Below are positions 35,423 through 48,021 of a stretch of DNA of 64,000 bases, piece after piece. Both the position numbers and the translations under genes were made by a program. The DNA comes from Neophaeotheca triangularis (taxonomy: Eukaryota): assembly GCA_054600435.1 (NCBI GenBank), contig BAAIJX010000047.1:62001-126000 (forward strand), in the 5' to 3' direction. Below the pieces are notes generated by a model. That model had not been told where the DNA came from and ran no database searches. It was given only the letters and a program-made list of their open reading frames with translations. Each line of letters opens with the position of its first letter. Position 1 is the first letter of the stretch.

Positions 35423-36135
35423 ATTTCGTGCAGAGAATACCTAGGCAGATTATATATCGAATCGAAAGTTTTGTTACAGGCAGCCCGTTGCAATGTGAGC
35501 TCTTGGTGGCATTTACGGTGATCTTCTAACTGACTCCTGATACTTCATGGGAGGTAGGTGGGTTAACCACGGCGGTTTCATCTGGATGCAAACGATCTCT
35601 TAGGTCGTAAGGGCTCTTTATCAACGTCTGGGAATGCTTCGGCCAGGAATTGTCAAACCTTCCAACCAGGGCTTAGCGTCTCAGAAGCGCATCCAATCAA
35701 AACAAGAGTGCTCGTTGCCATGACGACCAATCTCCGCGCAAATCGTCCCGTCTGAACTTCCAGACGCGCCGTGAGACCTTCCCACCTCTACTGACTCTCG
35801 ATTCCACAAATACATAGACATCAAACCAAGGAAAACCCACCCGGCAGGCCTCTTTGCTGTATTGCAGCCCATGTAGCGTTTGCGCGCGCGATATGCTTTG
35901 ATCACCCCCCAGCATACTTAGCCCGCGACGCTGATGGCCTGGACTGGTTTCCGCGACAACGACGACCACAACATCGACCCCACGACTTGATAGAGCATCG
36001 GCTTTGGATTGGAATCTGCGAGACAACACCCACTGGACCTCGAAAAACCTCGCTAGGATTTTGGCTACGGGAAGGAGAAGTGATAGGAGAGTGCAGAGAT
36101 AGGGAATACGGCTTTAGGAAGCATACTTGCACGAC

Positions 36136-38886
36136 ATGGCTGCTGTACATCCATCGCGTCCGCATCTCAGGCGCAATTCTCCCCTCTCTGTTTTTCAGCC
36201 ATCTCACGGTTTCTCTGCCGGTGCGCCCGCGATGAAAGGCATAGATGTGGGCGATAGCGATTCGGACGATGAGCCCCCGCCGATGATGTTCAGTAAAGTC
36301 ACACAGGCCTTGCTGAACGACGCTCCAATGCCCTCTTCGCCGCCAAAACAGGAGCAGCCGGCTGAGGCACCGCGTTTCAACCGATCAGTGAGCGCAAATA
36401 ATGCAGGCCTGGACACGCCATCTAGGAGATCCGGAGTCAAGATTGTCCGCAAGTCTTCGCCGTCGGCGCTTGTCGCTGAAGATGCTGAGAGAGGCAGCAC
36501 GCCTCCCAGGATCGTACAGGTTGGCAGCAGCAAACCTGGCTCTGGGAGACGTACCATCAGCATTGGCGGTCCTTACCCGTCGCGCTTAAATTCAAAGCGC
36601 GAGCCGACGCCAACGGCAGAAGGCAATCAGGGTATCGTCACTCCTGCACCGGCGCCGAGGTCGTTTCGGGTTAACATGACACGAGCGAGGGCCGATAGTA
36701 ACGCCTCGCAAGATGAGAAATCGCACCTTCAAGTTTCTTCCAGTAGGCCTGGATCAAGCGACGGCCCGCGACGCACGATCGAATCGGAGGAGAGTAGACC
36801 ACAACCACTAAGCCGTTCAACTTCAACGCACCATCTATCTGAAATCGCATCGAAATACCCACCACCGACAGTGGGAAGGACTAAGAATATCAGCGCAGAT
36901 CCGACACACGCACCAGGATCACAGCGAATAAAACGCGCACCTATCGGCACCGGTTCGTTCTTGAAAAGCGGTCCCGTCAGGCGGGGGTTCCGCAGAAGAG
37001 ACAGCGAGGACAATGTTTCGCCGAATGAAGAATATCATAGCGTTTACAGTTCACACCCGAGTGCCACACCGCAAGATGTGTCTGAAGGCAGTGCTATGCG
37101 CGCAGATTCCGGACTTGGCCGCAGCAGAAGCGGTAGTGTTAACCAAAGAGCGCCCTCTGTCGAACCAGTTTCTGCACACGATTTTGCGCATCCAAAGAGC
37201 CACTTTTCAGCGGAATCGAGACCTTCATCTAGGCAAGCGAGCTCATACCATTCGCGCAGTCAGATGAGTGCTGGCTCGAGACCACCTTCTCGAGAAGCGA
37301 GCCGCGAACCCTTGAGACCAAGGCAGCCGAGCGTTGAGCCTCCGCACAACCGATCGCAATCGGCCGCTCAGCAATCAGACGCCCCAGCACCGTTGAGAGC
37401 GTCTCAAAGGCAAGCGAGTGTCGAGCCTGTTCAACCCAAACCTGCAGCCGACCAACAACACGCGAACCGTCCACCAAGTCTGCAACGAGCGCAGTATCGG
37501 TATGTGCCGCCAAAGATGCACAATGATCCGCACGACGACCAGGAGAATATGCCACCGCCAACATTCAAACGCAACAAAGACCAAGAGTTCAAGTACCTGG
37601 GTAAACCGAGTATATCAGTATTATCCGATGACGAGAAACCTAAACAGCGACAAGTCGAAGAGACGCCAGTCCCCGTGCAGCAGCAAGAAAGAAAGGCGCT
37701 TGGTGCCCTGAGTGGCAACACACCTCACCGACCTGCTCCAGCTCCTCCGCCAAAAATGAACGTTCTCGAAACCGCCACGACAACAGCAGGCGCTAGCACT
37801 ACCAAATCGCGGAAGAAGCGCTCTCACATGGTAATCAATGGCAAAATCTTCAATGCAATGGGCAAAATTGGCAAAGGAGGTTCAAGCGACGTGTACCGTG
37901 TCATGGCCGAGAACTTCAAGATTTTCGCATTGAAAAAAGTCAAACTCGACGGCTGCGACGAGAGCGCAGTAACAGGGTACAAAGGCGAGATTGATTTGCT
38001 CAAAAAGCTCACAGATGTCGAGCGTGTCGTCCGGCTCTACGACTACGAACTCAGCGAAGAGCAAAAAGTGCTCTGGGTGCTGATGGAACCTGGCGAAACG
38101 GACCTCAACCGCGTCCTAACCCTGAAGCTCACCGCTCCAGAAGCTCGCCTAGACACGGTCTTCATCCGCTACCACTGGAAAGAAATGCTCGAATGCGTGC
38201 GCGCCGTCCACGACCACGACATCGTGCACTCGGACCTCAAACCCGCCAATTTCCTCCTAGTCTCGGGCAAGCTCAAACTCATCGACTTCGGCATCGCCAA
38301 CGCCATCGACACCGACAACACGGTAAACGTGCACCGCGACTCACACGTCGGCACGCCCAACTACATGTCCCCGGAAAGCATCACCGACACCAACGCGCCG
38401 CGCCCCGGCGAAAGCTCCCGCTCCCACGTCAAAGACATGCGCATCGGCAAAGCCAGCGACGTCTGGTCCCTCGGCTGCATCTTGTATCAAATGACCTACG
38501 GCCGCCCGCCCTTCGCCCACATCGCCAACCAATACTCCCGCATCGTCGCCATCACGGACCCCAAACACGCCATCGACTTCCCACTGACAGGCGTGGGATC
38601 CGCTCCCGTGCCCGCCTCGCTCCGTCGCACTCTCCGCAAGTGTCTCAACCGCGACCCTGCGCTAAGACCTTCTGTCCACGAATTGCTGGAGCCTATGGAT
38701 CAGTTTCTGTATCCCGAGGGCGATGGCAGGGGAGTGTGGATGAGTGAGGAGATGTTGGGCCAGATTATTGGGAGAGTGGTGGAGAGGTGTAGGGATCCCA
38801 AACGCGGGGTGCCGACGAGTGAGGAGGTGAGGCAGTATCCGGCGAGTTTTGTGGCTAAGATTCAGGAGATGGTGGAGAAGGGGTAG
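36136..38886 (+). CDS. MPS1: Mps1/TTK-family spindle checkpoint kinase
   Basis: Long disordered N-terminus, then IGKGGSSDVY, YKGEI.LL.KL, VHSDLKPANFL, LIDFGIANAI, GTPNYMSPE and SDVWSLGCILYQMTYG.PPF. Confidence 0.93.
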   Translation: MAAVHPSRPHLRRNSPLSVFQPSHGFSAGAPAMKGIDVGDSDSDDEPPPMMFSKVTQALLNDAPMPSSPPKQEQPAEAPRFNRSVSANNAGLDTPSRRSGVKIVRKSSPSALVAEDAERGSTPPRIVQVGSSKPGSGRRTISIGGPYPSRLNSKREPTPTAEGNQGIVTPAPAPRSFRVNMTRARADSNASQDEKSHLQVSSSRPGSSDGPRRTIESEESRPQPLSRSTSTHHLSEIASKYPPPTVGRTKNISADPTHAPGSQRIKRAPIGTGSFLKSGPVRRGFRRRDSEDNVSPNEEYHSVYSSHPSATPQDVSEGSAMRADSGLGRSRSGSVNQRAPSVEPVSAHDFAHPKSHFSAESRPSSRQASSYHSRSQMSAGSRPPSREASREPLRPRQPSVEPPHNRSQSAAQQSDAPAPLRASQRQASVEPVQPKPAADQQHANRPPSLQRAQYRYVPPKMHNDPHDDQENMPPPTFKRNKDQEFKYLGKPSISVLSDDEKPKQRQVEETPVPVQQQERKALGALSGNTPHRPAPAPPPKMNVLETATTTAGASTTKSRKKRSHMVINGKIFNAMGKIGKGGSSDVYRVMAENFKIFALKKVKLDGCDESAVTGYKGEIDLLKKLTDVERVVRLYDYELSEEQKVLWVLMEPGETDLNRVLTLKLTAPEARLDTVFIRYHWKEMLECVRAVHDHDIVHSDLKPANFLLVSGKLKLIDFGIANAIDTDNTVNVHRDSHVGTPNYMSPESITDTNAPRPGESSRSHVKDMRIGKASDVWSLGCILYQMTYGRPPFAHIANQYSRIVAITDPKHAIDFPLTGVGSAPVPASLRRTLRKCLNRDPALRPSVHELLEPMDQFLYPEGDGRGVWMSEEMLGQIIGRVVERCRDPKRGVPTSEEVRQYPASFVAKIQEMVEKG

Positions 38887-39241
38887 GGGGTCGGCTGTCT
38901 TCTGGAGTGGAAGGGGGATGATGGGGAGGCGGCCCAGGGTGAGGGCTTATGCGGAATATTTTACGTTCTCTTTTGGGGGTTTGGGTTTCATCAACGATGT
39001 TGGGTAGCGATGGAGCTTGGGTGTTTTTTGTTTTGGCTTTTGGTTCGTTCTCGAGGGGAGAGCGCGCTCTGGATACCCTCTCTCTCTCTTTCTCGTTTAT
39101 CAACGCTCTTGTACTACTTTTAGTATGCTTCACGAAGAACACCATGTCCACAACAACGCCACTTGCTCTCATTAACCACACTCCTATACTTTGCCACGCT
39201 ATGCAACGACTCCCAAGCCCAATGCACCCTCCCTCCTGCTC

Positions 39242-40025
39242 TTACGTCGCACTCTTCTTCTTCTTATCCTCAACCAACTCGATATTATCCTCCGGCACCT
39301 CTGGATGATGCTCCAGCAACCACTCCTCCACCTCACCCTGGACATCGCCCTGCACGGTAATCTCCTCCCCAGTGCCCGCCGCATTCTTCGTAACACTAGA
39401 CCCGGTGGCGAACTTCTTGCCAAACTCCTTGGCAACCTTCTTCAACTCGAGCCCAAAAGCCTCGAGACCGGAAACCTCGGTGACGTATTTACGCTTGTTG
39501 CGCTCGACGCGTTTGATGATGATTTTGCTCTGCGCTCGCGTCTCGGCGGCTTTGGCTTCGGCGGCCGCGGCTTTGCTGGCCTTTTTCGCCGCGTCTTTGT
39601 CGGCGCGCTTTTGGGCGTCCACGCTGAGTTCCGAGAGCGCGTTGGTGGTGGAGCTTGTGTAGAGTTTTTCGTGCAGGCTCGGGTGGGTTTCTGATAGCCA
39701 GGTGGAGCATTTTTGCGTCGTGCCGCCGTATTCACAGTACTGGAGGGGGTTAGTTTTGGGAAGGGGGTTTGTGAGGGTTTGTGAGGTGCTAGGGATGGCG
39801 AGGGGGTGGAGGAAGGGCGGGGGCGGTTGTCGGTGTCTTAGTTTGAGTTGTCGTCTGGTGAGGTGTCGTACCTACTTCTGGTGGGAGGCTGCAGACTGTG
39901 GTGGGGGAGGGGGTCAGCGGTGGGCGGTGGGTGAGTGCGTGGTGGTGGGGTTTTTTGGTGGACGTACTGCCGCAGTAGATGACCTGCTTTGGAGGCGGCG
40001 CTGTTGCGCTCGCGGTTTCTGCCAT
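39242..40025 (-). CDS. TMA22: Translation machinery-associated protein 22 / DENR (SUI1 domain)
   Basis: VIYCGICSLPPEYCEYG after removing introns 39896-39967 and 39740-39875. Also RVERNKRKYVT, KKFATGSSV and EITVQGD. Confidence 0.94.
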
Positions 40026-41390
40026 GGTTGTTGTTTGGTAGGTGTTGATTTGGTATGTAGGGTCGAAAAATAAGGCTGTTGACTGAGATACTGGACTGTT
40101 TCCCTCTTCCATGTTGGTGGGGTGGAGGGGCAGTGAGGTGACGTGGGGGTAGGGCTGACTCGCTTTCTCGGCTGCTTCCGAAACTTCACTTCACCCCACT
40201 CTAGTACACTCAGACCTTTCATCATTCCTTACCAACACGCAGATTATCTTTTCGATTCATTGACTACTGCTGTCGTCTCGAGTACATCCGGGCTGTTTTG
40301 TCGCTACCATTGCCACCTTGCATTACTAAACGGTGCGGGAAATTCTTCCATATCTTGAATAGACCGACCCAACGGGGTTCTGGAAGCAAGGGGAAAAAGA
40401 AGCGACACGGTGAACGGGAAAACGTACAATATTAATTCAAATTACAGATGCGAAATTGGAAGCAGGTTGGCCAAATGAGGAGGTTGTAGGGCCAAGTCTC
40501 AGCCAAAGAGTCTCCAGCATCAGATCTCCGGGTAGTTCCTATCTCTGAGCCCAGACCATATTCCCACAATGGTCACAAGGGTCGAAAGCTCTCGTGCAAA
40601 TGGCTTCCCACTCGTCGCTAGAGGCTTCTGAGCTCGAACGTAGCGGTGTGTTGGGAAATCTCGAGGCGCAGTGCAGCTCGTGGGGGCGAGGGGTGACAGT
40701 GTCAAAGGGTGTCGCCGGTAAGCAGTCGCTTCCGGTGTTGGTAGGTTCTCGGTGCTTTCGTTGACGGACAAACACTCCTGGACTCAGCCCATTCCACAGC
40801 AAAGCCGAGCAGGGATCTTGTATCCATCTCGTGGAGATTAAAGCTGCGGCCTGAGGGTAAGATGCCTAGCTCTGCGATGGCGGCTCGAGATATGCCATCG
40901 CTTCATGCCTGGTCTCTCCGGTCTAGTCCGAAGACGCTCGTGATGTTGGGATCTGGACCATTTGCTGGTGTCTTTCGCTTCTTAGACGATATGTCCTCCC
41001 TTTTGGTTTTCTGTCACTTAACGCCGACATAACGCCCCACAGCCGCTAGTAGGTGCTACTCTGTTTCGACTCCTCGTTGCCAAGAGATTTCAAGGCGTTT
41101 GAGATCCCAATCATATCCATAGCTGCAACCGTGATTGCGGCAGTGTTTCGGAGAACTGTAGGTATTAAAGAGGCTAAGAAAAATGCGTTATGCTTTTGGA
41201 TTCTAACTGTGCCTCAAGACCTAACTAATGGGGCTAGGCTTCGTCGGAAGCATAAGTGAACTAAACAGCAAAAGAGTGAGGCCGTGACTGAAGCGTCACC
41301 GTCTCTACGAGCTCAGAACCAGAATCCACCGAATATACCCAAAAGTATGTATTCAACCTGCCACCCAACTCTCCAACGAAACCGCCCATT

Positions 41391-41666
41391 CAGCACAATC
41401 GGTAATCCCACCCCTCTACTTGGAAAACCCCCGCTCGAGACCTAACACTGACTAAAGCCTCCAGATTTCCCTCCCTCCTCCTAGGTCCACGGTTCAACTC
41501 CTGTGTCGACCGCCGTCTTCTTCCTTAGTTACGACGTTAAATTAGCGACTAAGGCGTCATCGGTTCAATGACGTTAAGTACAACTGTGTTGAAAGAAAAA
41601 CCAATCCTTCAATTGGACGAGTCTGCTTTCACTCTAGTGCTTAAGTTACTAGAGGCTTTCTTTTTT
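41391..41666 (+). ncRNA. Candidate Pol III transcription unit with A/B boxes, four hairpins and a T6 terminator
   Basis: A-box-like CAGCACAATCGG at 41391-41402, B box GGTTCAACTCC at 41491-41501, short hairpins across 41523-41654, TTTTTT at 41661-41666. No ORF overlaps it. Confidence 0.35.
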
Positions 41667-42027
41667 GCTCATTTGCTGGGATGACGAAGTAGAGAGGTGT
41701 GTTCACTTTCGCTGATTTGTCGAGAGCTGCAGTTTTCTGTAAATAGGCGTGTGCAACTGGGTGAAGGCAGGATGTGCTTCATGTGTGTTTTTCCCCCCCT
41801 TCTCGTAGCCAAATGAAACGATCAGGAGAGCGGTTCGAGATAAACTCATTTTCAATACACCACATTCGGCCCACCATGGGGAGTTTGCCAGACTCCCCAC
41901 AGAGGACACTAAACTACCTATCCACGCTCCCGCCCGCAGGCAGAAGCAAGCAAACAGCAAGAAGTCTTTGGGCAAAAGAGCCTACTCGAGTACAACTCGC
42001 GAGCCGACGGGCCAGAGCAGACCTGCC

Positions 42028-45000
42028 TCACCAGCCACCGCCCCCGACCTGACCGGAGCCCACCTGGTCCCAGCCAGCGCCAAGAGCAGCAGCAGCAGCA
42101 GCAGCGCCACCCCAGCCCGAAGCCCCTCCACCACCTCCTCCCTCCTTCCTCGACCCACTACGAACAGAGCCCGCCTTCACCGACCCCGCCGCAGCACCCT
42201 TCGTCTCCCCCTTCGTCTCCCCCTTCTTCTCCCCCTTCTTCTCCCCCTTCTTCTCCCCCTCCTCCTTCCTCAACATCTCCCTCACCAAATCCTCCCTGCT
42301 CAACCCCCTCAACCTCGCCTCCTCAACCCTCGCCAACGTCCGCTCAAACTCCTTCCCAATATCCTTACCCACAATCTGCTCAATGACCTCCTTGGCGCGG
42401 TACTTGAAGACGAAAACCGCATACGGCGCTTCGAAAGAGTCGAGGTAGTCAGGCGAGCGCGTGCCGTGGTAGTACTCCGCGCCACGGCCGGCTTGAACGC
42501 CGTGGTCGACGCCGGGGGCGACGTTGGAAGAGCGCACGGGAGCCGGGGCGGCGGTGTAGATGTACGGGTCGCGGGGGCCGGGGGTTTGGCGCTGCGTGGA
42601 CGGTGTGGGAGCGGTGGCGGGTTTGGCCCAGTAGGGTTTGGTCATTGGACCGCTGGGGGTCGGTTTGCGGGCCCAGTTTATCTCCGAGGGTGTCGCGAGG
42701 TTGGCGGCTTCGGCTTTGGTGATGAAGGTTCTGGGGCCGGGTTTGCTGATGGAGGGGGCTGGAGTGTTGGGTTTGGCGGCGCCGAGGTTGTCCCAGGCTG
42801 TGTTGCTTGGGGCTTTGGCGCTTTTGTTGTCGGCGTTGCCCCAGCCGGTGTTGCTCGCTGCTTTGGCGCTCTTGTTGTCGGTGTTGCCCCGGTCGTTATT
42901 GCTCGCTGCTTTGGCGCTCTTGTTGTCGGTATTGGCCCAATCAGCGTTGCTAGCAGCTTTGGCGCTCTTGTTATCGTTGCCCCAGTGCTCTTGAACACTG
43001 GCCGCCTTCTTACTGCCCTTGTCCCAAGCGTAGTCAGCCGGAGCATCATTGCCAGCAGCCCAGCCAGCATCACCACCGCCTTGGCTCTTCTTGCTCCCAG
43101 TGTCCCACGCATTGGCAGCAGCGCCGTTGCCGGTATCCCAGCCAGCATTGCCACCGTCGCCCTGACTCTTCTTGCTCTTCGTGTCCCAGGCGTTATCAAC
43201 CGGAGCAGCATCCCACGCTCCAGCAGCACCCTGACTCTTCTTGCTTCCGGCATCCCACGCATTCCCACCAGCGCCCTTGTCGTCGCCGAAAGTAGCACCA
43301 GCCCAAGCATCCGTAGTCGGCTCCGCAGCGTTCGCCCAACCACCAGCAGCGCTCTTGCCAGCTTGACTCTTGTCCCAGCCATCGGGAGCGTTCTGGCTTT
43401 TGCCCGCGTTGCCCCAGCTATGCGTGCCCGCGCCGCCGCGGTATTGGTCGTCGACAGTCTGCCGTTGCGTCTTCTTACCCTGAGCGGGAACGGCCGAGGG
43501 AGCGCGAGGAGTACCTTGGCTGGGCCAGTGGGTGTAGCCTTGCTGCTGACCGCCATCACGGGGACGCTTGGGGTTCGGATCGGCGGGGTAGTGGTGTGGC
43601 GTCGCGTCATAGGGTGAGCCTTTGGGCCTTCGCTCGTCGGGCTCGAGCTCGTCGAGCTTGCGAAGGCATCTTGCGATTCTGGAACCCACGTCTTGGGCGT
43701 CGTGGGGTGTGTTGTAGAGCTGGTGCAGTTCGTTCCTGACGTAGTTGATGCTGTCACTGTAAGCTTTGGTTCGAGTCTCAGCAGTTGGGGCACGAGCATG
43801 ACGATGACGACCTTGAGCCGGAGAGGGGGTCTCGGGGAATTGAGGTTTGGCAGCGTCATTGTAGCGAGCGTCATAAGGCTGTTTGGGCTTGAAGGAGGCG
43901 TGATGATCGTACCCTTCAGTGGTGCCTGGGGCTCGACCGTAATCGCGATGTCCACCATATTGGGGCGGTGGTGGGAGGTCGTAGCCCTGCTCGTTGCCGT
44001 AACCCGTACGAGCCTGATGCTCCGTGCGACCTTGGTGCTGTTGATTGACTGGGTAGTGTTGACCGTAACCGTAGCTCTGCCCGTAACCATGGCCGTAGCC
44101 TTGAGGCTCTGGCTTCTGCTGCGAGCGATTATGGTCAAGATGGTAGTACCGCTCGCCACCCCTGTACTCGTAGTTCCTGGGGGCAAAGGGGGTCTCAGGA
44201 TTGTCAGCAAAAGTTGCTCGGCGACCGTGCTTTTTGTGACCACCTACTGGAGCGTGTTGAGTTGGCATAGCTTGAGACTGCGGCACGGCATCTCCGAACT
44301 CGTTGAAGTAGAGTCTGGGGCTGTTGCCTGGACCGTCAACATGCTTCTCGAAACTGGATTCTCTTCTTAGCCAATCATCGTTGACCTCTGACTGCGCAAA
44401 AGGAGCGTAGAAAGGGTTCTCCAGCGGCGACGGAATGACAAATAGCTCGCTACGGTCATCGTACCCGATGTAGTTTGCATCGTTGACGTACGCTTCTTTT
44501 TCACGGGTCGTGAGCGGGCTCCCTTTGGGATTACCAAAGAAGTCCAGTGGTGACGATCCACCGGCGTGGCTACCCTTAGGAGGAGGGGGAACGAGTCTTG
44601 CTGACTTGGGACGCCAGCAGCCAAGGATCGAGTCCCATACCTGATCATCTGGGATGTCGGTCTGGATGTCTGGTGGAGGGCCGTCAAGCTGATCGGCAAC
44701 GGAGTAGATGTACATCTTGCGGTCGTCGTCAGCGGCACCGTCAAACAACCCTGCGCCGAACATGCCTCCCATCCCGCTTGGAGCTGGTGAGACTGTTGGC
44801 TTGGGCGGTGCTTTGTTTTTGCGGTCGTTGCGGTCACGCTTGGGTTCGTCACCTGCTGGACGAGTTGGATCAGACTTGGGAGTCAGAGCAGAGTCTTTAT
44901 CCGTACTCTTACAACGAAGGATGACGACTTCGATGGTGCCCATAGCACCACGGCGCGAAGATGAGAGCTCAGACCTGCCTGAGCGAATGGTCTTGGCGTC

Positions 45001-45440
45001 GTCTTCGAGACCTGGAGAGACGTTAGTCAAGGCTTAACGTGTGTTGGATCATATTGGGAAGACTCACCTTTCTGCAGAGTAGCAAAAGTCCACTCGCGAC
45101 CAACGAAATGGCCTTCACCTCCTTTGTCGTCGACAATTTCCTCACGTTGGCGGGCGCGGAATGCATGCTCGTACTTGCTTGGCGGCACACCCGGTCCTGG
45201 CTGTTGGAAGTTGCTGCGGTTGCGGTTCCACTGCAGTTCGCCGTCGATATAGACGAAGGCAGCTAGGCCTGGCGCAATGTAGCCTTGGTTCTTCAGGGAA
45301 ATTGTGAAGGGAATCGCTTTGTTGGGGACCGCGATGAAGGTCTCGACGGAGCCATCGCGGTAGTTGGCGCCGTACTCGGTGAGAGGCTCGTCTCCAGGTC
45401 CGAGTTGGACCTCACAGACTAGCTGCTTGAGCGTGGGCAT
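42028..45440 (-). CDS. Uncharacterised protein: globular N-terminal domain plus GW/WG/WD-rich low-complexity region
   Basis: Starts MPTLKQLVCEV...YIAPGLAAFVYIDG. An intron at 45012-45067 (GTGAGT...CTAAC...CAG) joins the 1000-aa ORF, whose C-terminal region includes YLDSFEAPYAVFVFKYR. Confidence 0.82.
42795..42985 (-). repeat. 48-bp tandem repeat, 4 copies (16-aa unit DNKSAKAASNxxWxNx)
   Basis: The anchor CTTTGGCGCT occurs at 42813, 42861, 42909 and 42957. Confidence 0.9.
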
Positions 45441-48021
45441 CTTGATGTAGTACGAAGCGCACGCGAAAATGGAAGGTAGTCGAAATCGGAACGTGTGTAG
45501 TGAAGGATAGAGAGGAACGAAGGTTTCGGTGCGCGTACGGACGTGGACGCGGCAAAATGCCAAAGCACAACGAGATGCTGAAGCTTGGGCGCACTCGGTT
45601 GTGCAGTGCAACCTGCTCGAGCGTCCGACAAAGGGCTGGCTCTGATAGCAGTGACAATTTGCAGTATTTGAGTGAAGGCAGCGATGTGCAGAAGGAGAGG
45701 GTAGTTCGCGACGGAGGCAGGAGCAGAGAAACAAATTCGAGAGGGGCAGAGGTGGCAGAAAGGTGCCAAAGCCCAGTGTGGCGGTTGCTTAGCAACGAGC
45801 TGCAGAGGATAGCGGAGCGGCGGCGAGCTATGACGGCATACAATCAGCAGGTTTCCGCCAGGTCGTCGACTCTGTTGTTTCATAAACTGGAATCAGATAC
45901 CCAACCCGCGTGGGTGGCCTGTTCCACAGCTCAAAGTGGCCTCCCCTGATATGACCGAGCAGTCTTACCCTACGTAGACTGCGGCCATTGCTCTACAGAC
46001 CTTGGCCTTCGCCTTCGCCTCACCAACACTCGATACTTAATACTCGAGCGGACCCTGCGGTGCTCGGGTTGTGAGCACGACACCTCTGCTCACAAGTGTT
46101 CTGCAGCGTGTCAACCTGTCACTTCCGGAACCAATGACATCGAGTATCAGGGCTCAGCCTCCCCAGTTCAGACCAGCTGCCTCCACCCTTGCATCCTTGC
46201 GGCGTTCAGTCTAAGGAGTTCGGAGCATGCGAGTCCAAGGCTCAAGTAAGAAAGCGTGCTTAACGAGCTCCTCGGAACCTGCTACACGGTAGCGAAGCCC
46301 CGACCAACAATGACCTTGACATCACCAAATTTCTCACAACAAACGACGGACTGGATACATTGAGGACCCGTCTACCTCATCAAACTTACTCTGGCTGCGG
46401 AATACTCGTGAGGAAGCCAGGCTCGGTTTCCAGAGAAGCAGTGGATCAAGTGCTTGGCTGTGGATCGTCCATTCAATGTCAGGAGCCAGTAACGTTCCGA
46501 TGGAGCCTTGATTCCGCTTCGGATTGGACTAGGCAAGACCGAAACAGCTAAAGTAGCGACACCAATTACGGCAGACAGAGCAATATTCCTGGGTGCTTCT
46601 TTTGACAAGAAGAACATCACTGGACCCCGTACATCTTGGGCTTTTCAAGGGTAACGCAAGGGACCTCGGGGCCACAGAGGACTGAGCTTGAAGAAAGGAT
46701 TGGAGATGAGACGCCATGAGAGATTTGTACTTGCCAGCCACAGTGCGCGACTTTCAGAGATTCAGGATAGTTTTGAGTGGATACGTACAGGAGCATTCGA
46801 CTACACACGACCCTTAGTAATCATTTTGATCCTGTCGAGCCTAGTGTACGTCTCGGAGGTTGTTTTCATGTCTGCGTCTCGGATTGTAGGTAGACAATCG
46901 TGACAGCGATGGCTCTACGGCGGCCAAGGTCACCGGCTCGTCTCTTCGGCTTCCAAATGATGATTGCGAGGTGTGGCGAAAACAACGACGATAAGTTGAG
47001 CCGGCTGGTAGTAGTTACAGGCTTGTTCATCCGTTGTTTGTATCAATGGCGGCGTTGTAGAGATGGAATGAATAGTGATGGGACGTGGGAAGTAGATGGG
47101 ATGAAGTCGGGATGGAAGGGGTCCACAATACCAGATCGGGCCAATCAAAACTTTACTAGGGGCGGCACGGGCATGAGCTAGACGGTGAAGTACTACAGTA
47201 CTACAGCACCTCCCTACTCGTTCTTATATAGACGAACGACATTAACCATCACTTTCCATGTCCATATCGCCCGTGAAAGTCTGCAAATTGCTTTCTTGCT
47301 CGGTCCGGCTGCTGGAGGTCCGTTGATGGCGTTGTCGGTGCGGCTCCTTGCGGCCTGACCATTCCCTCGTCTGTGACTGGCCTCTCTGACAAAGCAGCAT
47401 TCGACCTACCTTACGGCACCTAACCACCTACCCATACGGCCCCAAAGAACTCCCCCTTACCTCGATATGTGGCCGCCTTTACCAACCTTCCTTGAAGACC
47501 ATGACCATGCTCCTTCCGAGTGGTAAGATGATGCTTCAAGGCCACGTGCGGGGCATCGGCTCCCGCTCTGTGCCAGTCATGTCGCGACAGGACCAATCAC
47601 GTGAGATGACTACTGGGCGCGCCAGTGAAGGCCGGCAGGTCGGCAGGTAGTAGGGCAATGTGTGCCGCCTCCGAAAGGGGACGACGGTCAATGGCTCTGT
47701 ACAAGGACAAGGATGTGAATGGCAGGAGGTGCAAGCCTCCCTATGACGGCACTGATATTGCCAAGCTTGACGTTCCTTCCACTTTTGGTTGCGGCGGGGC
47801 GACGGTAAGGTCAGTCAGGCAGTCAGGCTACATTCTCATCCATTCACACTCTGATTACTCCCAACTTTCCTCACTTGCCCAATTGCACGAACCTCACCCT
47901 ATCTCAACCTCACCTGTCTCGCAGGGCCATACCTTACCCTTTAACCTTTAACCTTGAGCGAATCATCACCACCCAACCCTTTCCCCTTCTCTCAACACAA
48001 CAGAACAACGACACGACAACC

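Noticed and set aside
41221..41270. ATAAGT and AATGGGGCT motifs suggesting the telomerase RNA 3' end or RNase MRP
   Set aside because: No template sequence or RNase MRP/P CR-I motif was found upstream.
41968..44370. Long antisense and alternate-frame ORFs (549, 521 and 225 aa) over the GW-repeat gene
   Set aside because: Expected shadows of a GC-rich, repetitive coding sequence; no domain signal.
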